A DNA stretch of 64,000 nt from IMG/VR virus record IMGVR_UViG_3300027798_006580; one strand, given 5' to 3'. A program made the translations under genes and the position numbers. Each line of letters begins with the position of its first letter. Position 1 is the first letter of the stretch. The notes under the pieces were generated by a model, which had not been told where the DNA came from, made no database searches, and worked only from the letters and a program-made list of their open reading frames with translations. This stretch comes from a virus. Positions 58,424 through 64,000 of this stretch are shown one piece after another.

Positions 58424-58638
58424 CTGAATTTAAAATATACCGTAGTCTTGACAAAGTATTGGATATAGTTTATACCTTACGTAGTCAAGGAATACAGCAG
58501 GGCAAGGACTTCGATTTCACGTGGATTCCAGAAAACAACCACGGATTTTATCACGAAGAACAATATAAGAAACATGTCGTCTTTACTTTTTACAATGACG
58601 AACAAGCAATGATGTTTGCGCTGAAATATGGATCATAA
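58420..58638 (+). CDS. Small protein, F-x-L-K-W family
   Basis: FTFYNDEQAMMFALKYGS. Confidence 0.65.
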   Translation: MTEFKIYRSLDKVLDIVYTLRSQGIQQGKDFDFTWIPENNHGFYHEEQYKKHVVFTFYNDEQAMMFALKYGS

Positions 58639-58993
58639 ATTATACCCTTACCAACAGCAAATCTTAAAAGATATTACATCAGGCGGTATCAAACCAGGTG
58701 AGATGACTATTATTTCTTCAGGCAGACAACTAGGAAAAAGCCGTGTAAATCAGTGGATACAATGGCTTCCGGATGATGCTACGAACTATCGAGTCCACAG
58801 ACAAGCCTTGGTAGATAATAAACCTTGGTATACGGTTCACTGTGGCAAAGATGTGTCCGCTTGGATCAGGCAACAACCATGCGAAGACAAAGAATGGCAT
58901 CAGCACATCGATGCTAGGTGGGATATGTATGTGTATGCATTCGATATTACCGAAGAACTTTATATGTTGTTAGTGCTAAAGTTTGGAAAATGA
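58628..58993 (+). CDS. Terminase-like N-terminal fragment fused to an F-x-L-K-W family domain
   Basis: KLYPYQ...SGRQLGKS; C-terminal EELYMLLVLKFG. Confidence 0.6.
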   Translation: MDHKLYPYQQQILKDITSGGIKPGEMTIISSGRQLGKSRVNQWIQWLPDDATNYRVHRQALVDNKPWYTVHCGKDVSAWIRQQPCEDKEWHQHIDARWDMYVYAFDITEELYMLLVLKFGK

Positions 58994-59439
58994 AAACCAC
59001 AGACATAAAAAATCTCATAGACAATGTAACCGAAAATTTAAAAAGTCGGTGGGACTTCTATCGTCATGCCGCTTACTTAAAAGAAAAGAACTGGACTGAA
59101 GAGCAATATCAAGACTATAAAGATCCTGATAGAAATCTACGTGCCTCCCGTATTAAAGATTACTATCACGGATATCCACATATTGTGGTATTCGAAAGTT
59201 CCCGTGGCGATCCATGGACAAGATATCCCAGTTGGGTAGAAGGCTACCAGGCTTTATCAAGGTGGTGTCAAAAAAACTGTAAAGATAAATTCCGCAGTGA
59301 TATTCATAGAGTTATTCGAGCACCAAGTACTGGCAACGAATGGGAGTTGAATGACATTGGCGGTGGTGATGCATTGTTTTTCGTGTTTAAGAGCCAAGAA
59401 GATTGTTTTATGTTTACATTAAAGTGGGGCGGAGGATGA
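58990..59439 (+). CDS. Small protein, F-x-L-K-W family
   Basis: FFVFKSQEDCFMFTLKWG. Confidence 0.65.
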   Translation: MKTTDIKNLIDNVTENLKSRWDFYRHAAYLKEKNWTEEQYQDYKDPDRNLRASRIKDYYHGYPHIVVFESSRGDPWTRYPSWVEGYQALSRWCQKNCKDKFRSDIHRVIRAPSTGNEWELNDIGGGDALFFVFKSQEDCFMFTLKWGGG

Positions 59440-59624
59440 CTGCAATGAAAATTAAAGGGCATGGCCCAGCAGTTGCCGCCGCCACTTGGCTAAAAAACAA
59501 AGGATGGCACTACACAATGAAGTTATCTAATAATCGTCCATTCAGTGCAATCTACGACATAAGTATATCAAACAGAGAACAAGCGATGATATTTAAATTA
59601 ACCTTTGGAGCCGAAATTGTTTAA
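59436..59624 (+). CDS. Small protein, F-x-L family
   Basis: ISNREQAMIFKLTFG. Confidence 0.55.
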   Translation: MTAMKIKGHGPAVAAATWLKNKGWHYTMKLSNNRPFSAIYDISISNREQAMIFKLTFGAEIV

Positions 59625-60384
59625 ACGAATTATATTAACATTTTGTTTGCTATTTGCAAACAGCGTATATGCCAACAGCTACGGGCTCTACGACTTTGAC
59701 AACGTTCGATATGAGCACAGCAGAAATACCACAGACGTCCGCAGTATTGCCAGCATAACAAAACTATTCACAGCTTACGCAGTTGTAATGAGTTTAGTAG
59801 ATTTAGATGAAAAAGTCAAAGTACAGGGGAAATCTTCTGGCAGATTTGCTCGTGGCTCTTATCTACAACGCAGTGAATTGATGCGGGCCATGTTAATGAG
59901 CAGTGATAATTTAGCCGCAGAAACATTGGCTCACGCCCACCCCGGAGGTTATGACAAGTTTATTGCAGACATCAATTGGCATCTCGGACTCAACGGGTTT
60001 AAAGAAACTAAAATTGTAGATCCCACAGGCTTACTGGCAGGCAATGTCAGCACAGTGGATGAACTAAAAGAGTTTTTGTTTATATTACGCAGGATAGATA
60101 TCATTAGATATTATAGCAGTGACAAAATATATTCGGTTAAATATCAACCACCAAAGAGTAAACGTACAATAACTATTCAATTAAGGAATACTAATCCACA
60201 GATTTTTACCTATGACAGTATTGTACTGACTAAAACAGGATTTACCAACGCCGCTGGCCGCTGTTTGGCCATGCTAGTAGAAAAGAATGGTGTGCTGTAT
60301 GCCATGATCACATTGGGTAACAAAGATGTCAGACAGCGCACCGGTGTCATCAACGAAATGTTCAACGTACATGTACATGACTGA
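59605..60384 (+). CDS. D-Ala-D-Ala carboxy/endopeptidase (peptidase S11, PBP7-like)
   Basis: Signal peptide; ASITK (SxxK), SDN (SxN), KTGFT..AG.C. Confidence 0.88.
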   Translation: MEPKLFKRIILTFCLLFANSVYANSYGLYDFDNVRYEHSRNTTDVRSIASITKLFTAYAVVMSLVDLDEKVKVQGKSSGRFARGSYLQRSELMRAMLMSSDNLAAETLAHAHPGGYDKFIADINWHLGLNGFKETKIVDPTGLLAGNVSTVDELKEFLFILRRIDIIRYYSSDKIYSVKYQPPKSKRTITIQLRNTNPQIFTYDSIVLTKTGFTNAAGRCLAMLVEKNGVLYAMITLGNKDVRQRTGVINEMFNVHVHD

Positions 60385-60568
60385 AGTACGAGTGGATTGG
60401 CAAGCCGGAGACGATGTTCCCCTTTGGGATAAAAAATGTATCAGTGTGTTAGAACGTTTTGGATTGCCTGGCAACAAATACGAAACTCAACTTACTGAAG
60501 ATTATATGATTTTTCATTTCATCGATCCTGAAGATGCACTAGTAGCAAAGTTAATGCTGGGCGGTTAA
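60371..60568 (+). CDS. Small protein, F-x-L family
   Basis: FGLPG.KY...MIFHFIDPEDALVAKL. Confidence 0.6.
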   Translation: MYMTEVRVDWQAGDDVPLWDKKCISVLERFGLPGNKYETQLTEDYMIFHFIDPEDALVAKLMLGG

Positions 60569-61204
60569 TTCATTGACAAACTCTAACAAGAGATTGTGAT
60601 GATGTCCTTGATGCCAATATTCTTTAATATATTGTCTAGGCTCTTCATACCAGTACTGTTGACTCTCTGGATGGCATCCAATTACACCAATTCTGTTTTG
60701 TATGATAGCCATGGCATCTCCGTTGGCATAAGTGGCAACAGTTTTGAATTTACTAGTATCACCGACTAAGGCACATCCATCATAAAAGAACATTTTTTCT
60801 TGTTGGCCTTTCCAATTCACTGTGGCCACAGTTGAATAACTTCTACGAACATCTGCATTGGGTCTAGTGATATATTGTTTAGGTTCGACGCCGTCTAAAA
60901 TATCAAAGTAATTGCTACCTGCCCAATAAGCACCCATGCAAATTCCAAGATAGTATCCACCAGCGGCAACAAAGTCTGCTACTAGATTTTCCTTTTTTCG
61001 TTTAAAAAAGTTGTTATAACTTTCACTGTCCCCAATGCCTCCGGGAAAGGCTATGACGTCGGCGTTATCGAGCAAGTCTTGATTAAGTTCGTTTTCAGAG
61101 AATAAAGTGACATTATAATTATTACCCAGCGATTGTATGATTCCATCACAGCAGTCTTGCGAACATTCTGGATGATGCCTGAACAATACTATATTCTGCT
61201 TCAT
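60551..61204 (-). CDS. BPL_N / class I glutamine-amidotransferase-like protein
   Basis: FPGG.G, GG.YLGICMGAY, HPE. Confidence 0.8.
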   Translation of the reverse strand: MKQNIVLFRHHPECSQDCCDGIIQSLGNNYNVTLFSENELNQDLLDNADVIAFPGGIGDSESYNNFFKRKKENLVADFVAAGGYYLGICMGAYWAGSNYFDILDGVEPKQYITRPNADVRRSYSTVATVNWKGQQEKMFFYDGCALVGDTSKFKTVATYANGDAMAIIQNRIGVIGCHPESQQYWYEEPRQYIKEYWHQGHHHNLLLEFVNELTAQH

Positions 61205-61235
61205 ACCAATATTTATTAGCACAAATTCTTTTAGC

Positions 61236-61253
61236 CTGTAATCTTATTGTAAT
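61236..61253 (+). promoter_or_regulatory. Putative Pho box
   Basis: CTGTAAT-CTTA-TTGTAAT, 7-4-7 direct repeat with 11-bp period. Confidence 0.55.
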
Positions 61254-61316
61254 AGCATTTCTATTAAATATAACATCGCTGGTCAGCGGCGTATAATGTG
61301 ATAAATGGCTGACACT

Positions 61317-61341
61317 AAGAGCCCCATGGGCTCTTTTTTTA
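61317..61341 (+). terminator. Rho-independent terminator
   Basis: AAGAGCCC-CAT-GGGCTCTT followed by a T run. Confidence 0.75.
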
Positions 61342-61382
61342 TGGTTAACAGCGTTCTAATCGAATTTTGGTTAAATATTACT

Positions 61383-62174
61383 ATGACGACTAAAACATAT
61401 CGCAGTATTTTTATCAGTGACATACATTTAGGTACAAGAGATTGTAAAGCAGAAAAACTAAATAACTTTTTAAAACATAATACCTGCGATACCTTATATC
61501 TAGTGGGTGATATAATAGATGCATGGCGAATACAACAAAATAAATGGCGTTGGAAACAAAGTCATACCAATGTTGTTCGTAGAATACTAGGACATGCAAA
61601 AAGAGGCACACGAGTTATATATGTAGCAGGCAATCATGATGAATTTCTTAGACCAATGATACCCTATGGATTTAGCTTTGGATCAATTGAGATTTGTAAT
61701 CAAACAAATCACACCGGTGTGGATGGACTAAAATATCTTGTTGTTCATGGTGATTTGTTTGATGGTATTACAAGACTGGCACCTTGGTTATCATTTTTAG
61801 GAGACAGGGCATATGATTTCATTTTATCGCTTAATAGCAAGTTCAATTGGATACGCCATCGCTTTGGTTTTGGGTATTTTAGTCTTAGTAAATATCTCAA
61901 ACATAGAGTAAAAAAAGCCATAGACTTTATGTTCAAGTTCGAACAAAATCTTGCTGGCTATTGTAAGAAGCGTGGCTTTGACGGAGTTATTTGCGGACAT
62001 ATACATCACGCAGAAATCAAAGACATTGACGGGGTTAAATATATGAATGATGGTGACTGGGTCGAAAGTTGTACTGCTTTAGTAGAACATCACAGCGGTC
62101 ACTGGGAAATCATTACATGGACCAAGGAGAAAGACAATGTGGTTATTGATCCTATTAGCAATTCACAGCAATGA
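61383..62174 (+). CDS. LpxH-like metallophosphoesterase, PlcP (phospholipase C) type
   Basis: FISDIHLG, LVGDIID.W, W..SH..V, GNHD, HGD.FD, CGHIH, N.GDWVES. Confidence 0.85.
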   Translation: MTTKTYRSIFISDIHLGTRDCKAEKLNNFLKHNTCDTLYLVGDIIDAWRIQQNKWRWKQSHTNVVRRILGHAKRGTRVIYVAGNHDEFLRPMIPYGFSFGSIEICNQTNHTGVDGLKYLVVHGDLFDGITRLAPWLSFLGDRAYDFILSLNSKFNWIRHRFGFGYFSLSKYLKHRVKKAIDFMFKFEQNLAGYCKKRGFDGVICGHIHHAEIKDIDGVKYMNDGDWVESCTALVEHHSGHWEIITWTKEKDNVVIDPISNSQQ

Positions 62175-62307
62175 TCCAAAAGATGTTCCGGGACGAATAG
62201 AACTAACATTCCAAGATAAGGTATCCTGTGAACAAAGTTTACAAACTATGACTTATTGGTTAAAGTTTAATCAATTCAAAATTGAAGGAAGGTGTATAAA
62301 AAAATGA
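62137..62307 (+). CDS. 56-aa exported small protein (not in ORF track)
   Basis: AAGGAG RBS; MWLLILLAI..F....SC.....C. Confidence 0.55.
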   Translation: MWLLILLAIHSNDPKDVPGRIELTFQDKVSCEQSLQTMTYWLKFNQFKIEGRCIKK

Positions 62308-63014
62308 AAATCAGTGATAAAATTACCATTGTAGTACCCTGCAAGAATGAAGAAAACTACATCGCACATTTATTAGTGCATTTGCGCCAGCAATCAATTG
62401 GCAATACTAGAATTATCATTGCAGATTGTAGTACGGACAATACACGAGAAGTTATAGAAATAATGAAAGGCGAATTGAATGTTGAAGTCATCGACGGAGG
62501 CCCTGTGTCTTTGGCCAAGAACAATGGAGCCGCAATGGTCACTACTCCTTATATCTTATTCATCGATGCTGATGTTCGATTCTTCAAGGACTCAGTAATA
62601 CAAGACGCTGTTAATATTATCGAATCAAAGAATTTAGATTTAGTTGGATTGAAAATCAAATGTTATGATCGTGATCCAAGAGCCCATCTTGGATTCATTA
62701 TTTTTAATACTATAAACCATGCCATGAAGTATTTTTCACCTTTTGCAGTTGGAGCTTTCATGCTGACACGCAGAGACAGGTTTCAAGAATATGGCGGCTT
62801 CCCTGAAAACTTTTCAACCAGCGAAGACTACTTCTTGAGCCGCAAGTACAGCCCACGAAAGTTTAGAATTGTCCGACATCATTTTGGACAAGATAGTCGC
62901 AGGTTCAAGAAGATGGGTTATATGGGCATGGCCAAGTATCTTGTAAAAAACTTTGTCAACCGCAACAATAAAGCATACTGGGACAGTTTAGACTCTTCAA
63001 AATATTGGAGTTAA
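62304..63014 (+). CDS. Glycosyltransferase family 2
   Basis: IVVP.KNEE, D..STD.T, N.GA, FIDAD, GGF, ED. Confidence 0.88.
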   Translation: MKISDKITIVVPCKNEENYIAHLLVHLRQQSIGNTRIIIADCSTDNTREVIEIMKGELNVEVIDGGPVSLAKNNGAAMVTTPYILFIDADVRFFKDSVIQDAVNIIESKNLDLVGLKIKCYDRDPRAHLGFIIFNTINHAMKYFSPFAVGAFMLTRRDRFQEYGGFPENFSTSEDYFLSRKYSPRKFRIVRHHFGQDSRRFKKMGYMGMAKYLVKNFVNRNNKAYWDSLDSSKYWS

Positions 63015-63066
63015 TTGACACAAATTCATTTTGGTAATATAATACTATTTTACGAAAGGAAATAGT

Positions 63067-63261
63067 ATGACTGTTACTGTAGCAAGAATGAACGACAGAG
63101 TTGTCGAAGTTGTCAGAGTCGCAGACACTGTTTCCTTTTCCACCGAGCGTGGCTGGGTCATGGTCTGTTTCGACTTTGAAAAAGCAGAACGCAAGAAAAG
63201 CGAATTCCGTTGGGTACCTGCAAGCACCCGATTTGACTGGGTTCGCACGTTTGCTTTCTAA
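63067..63261 (+). CDS. Hypothetical early protein in a single-gene cassette
   Basis: AAGGA RBS; bracketed by promoter repeats at 63012 and 63269. Confidence 0.65.
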   Translation: MTVTVARMNDRVVEVVRVADTVSFSTERGWVMVCFDFEKAERKKSEFRWVPASTRFDWVRTFAF

Positions 63262-63268
63262 ACCCAAT

Positions 63269-63326
63269 TAATTGACACAAATTGGGTTTGGCTTTATAAT
63301 ACATACATAGTAAACAAAAAGGAGTT
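63269..63326 (+). repeat. Early promoter/RBS repeat
   Basis: TAATTGACACAAATTGG..TATAATACATACATAG..AACAAAAAGGAGT, nearly identical to 4793-4851. Confidence 0.85.
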
Positions 63327-63331
63327 CGAAA

Positions 63332-63622
63332 ATGGGTTTAAGATACGACACATTGGGTGAGATGATTACTTTGAACGAACAAGAAAAACGTGAAGTTCGT
63401 ATGTATGGCGTCACTGAAAAGGGTATGCGTGAAGCAGTTGAAAGTTCAATTACTTTCAAACTTTCTGGACCTATGATGATGGCCGCAGGCATTCTCAGCG
63501 ATGCACAAGAAATGATTAACACAGAGTACGGCGAAGTTGATTATATGCGAGCTGAAGATGCTCGTCAAGCGATTAATCGTGCTAAGTGGATCATGTTTGA
63601 ATACATGGACAAACCACGTTAA
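63332..63622 (+). CDS. Phage early hypothetical protein
   Basis: MYG...M....ILSDAQE....ARQ.IN.AK. Confidence 0.7.
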   Translation: MGLRYDTLGEMITLNEQEKREVRMYGVTEKGMREAVESSITFKLSGPMMMAAGILSDAQEMINTEYGEVDYMRAEDARQAINRAKWIMFEYMDKPR

Positions 63623-63631
63623 GTAACTGTC

Positions 63632-63868
63632 ATGGGTTTTGTAGTTTATAACAAAGAAAACGGCCGAGGAGAACGGTATTACAAAACCGAATCCGTGGCC
63701 AAGTCACAGGTCACTCGTCATAACAAAGAATTGAATTGGCGCGGCCGACCTGTGCCAGAATGGGCACATTGCTCATACCTTGAATATGAAGGTATTCTAA
63801 TGGGAATGAATGATTCTACTTGGTGTATGTGGAAGTTCTTCCAACAAGGAAAATTTGCCAATAATTGA
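63632..63868 (+). CDS. Hypothetical protein
   Basis: 78 aa; stop codon overlaps the next TTGAC. Confidence 0.6.
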   Translation: MGFVVYNKENGRGERYYKTESVAKSQVTRHNKELNWRGRPVPEWAHCSYLEYEGILMGMNDSTWCMWKFFQQGKFANN

Positions 63869-64000
63869 CTATGAACATCGAAAAATGTTGCAATATGATA
63901 AATATAATGTTAGGAGAAACAAACATGGCAACATTTAAAGAATGGCAAGCGGCAAATTTGACGGAACAAGAGCAAGAAGAGTGCAATCAATTGGGCGTGG

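Noticed and set aside
61383-62174. Annotation as lipid A biosynthesis LpxH
   Set aside because: No other lpx genes are present; the motif pattern, adjacent glycosyltransferase and Pho-like box fit the PlcP-like subfamily better, though this is unproven
1-64000. Stop-codon reassignment as in some large phages
   Set aside because: Core genes are full length under code 11 and TAA, TAG and TGA all terminate genes; no suppressor tRNA seen

Overview
This window is a 64-kb gene-dense, AT-rich, mostly + strand segment of a large (probably jumbo) T4-like tailed phage that uses the standard genetic code. A betaproteobacterial host is suggested but not proven by the tmRNA tag type and host-like membrane genes. 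Contents from left to right: (1) a recombination/replication block (gp32-like SSB, UvsX, UvsY, UvsW, clamp-loader-like subunit, primase, gp41-like helicase, and a very small DnaE-like protein); (2) a late block of probable virion/prohead proteins; (3) class Ia nrdA and nrdB separated by accessory genes, glutaredoxin and a PAAR-peptidase M15 fusion; (4) a circularly permuted two-piece tmRNA whose intervening segment holds a small membrane-protein ORF; (5) putative modification enzymes (two SGGxDS-type PP-loop ATPases, two radical SAMs, a cupin/2OG-like protein); (6) a ClpX/IF3/bS21/Hsp20/ClpS cluster with a ROSE-like thermometer; (7) tRNA-Cys; (8) a hypervariable array of small paralogous ORFs; (9) a Pho-box-preceded PlcP-like phosphoesterase plus glycosyltransferase. 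Two promoter classes recur. A ~60-bp sigma70-type early promoter/RBS repeat brackets single-gene cassettes, and a TAAATA late-type box often sits 5-8 nt before a start codon with no Shine-Dalgarno, implying leaderless mRNAs. All annotations come from motif recognition by eye; no database searches were run.
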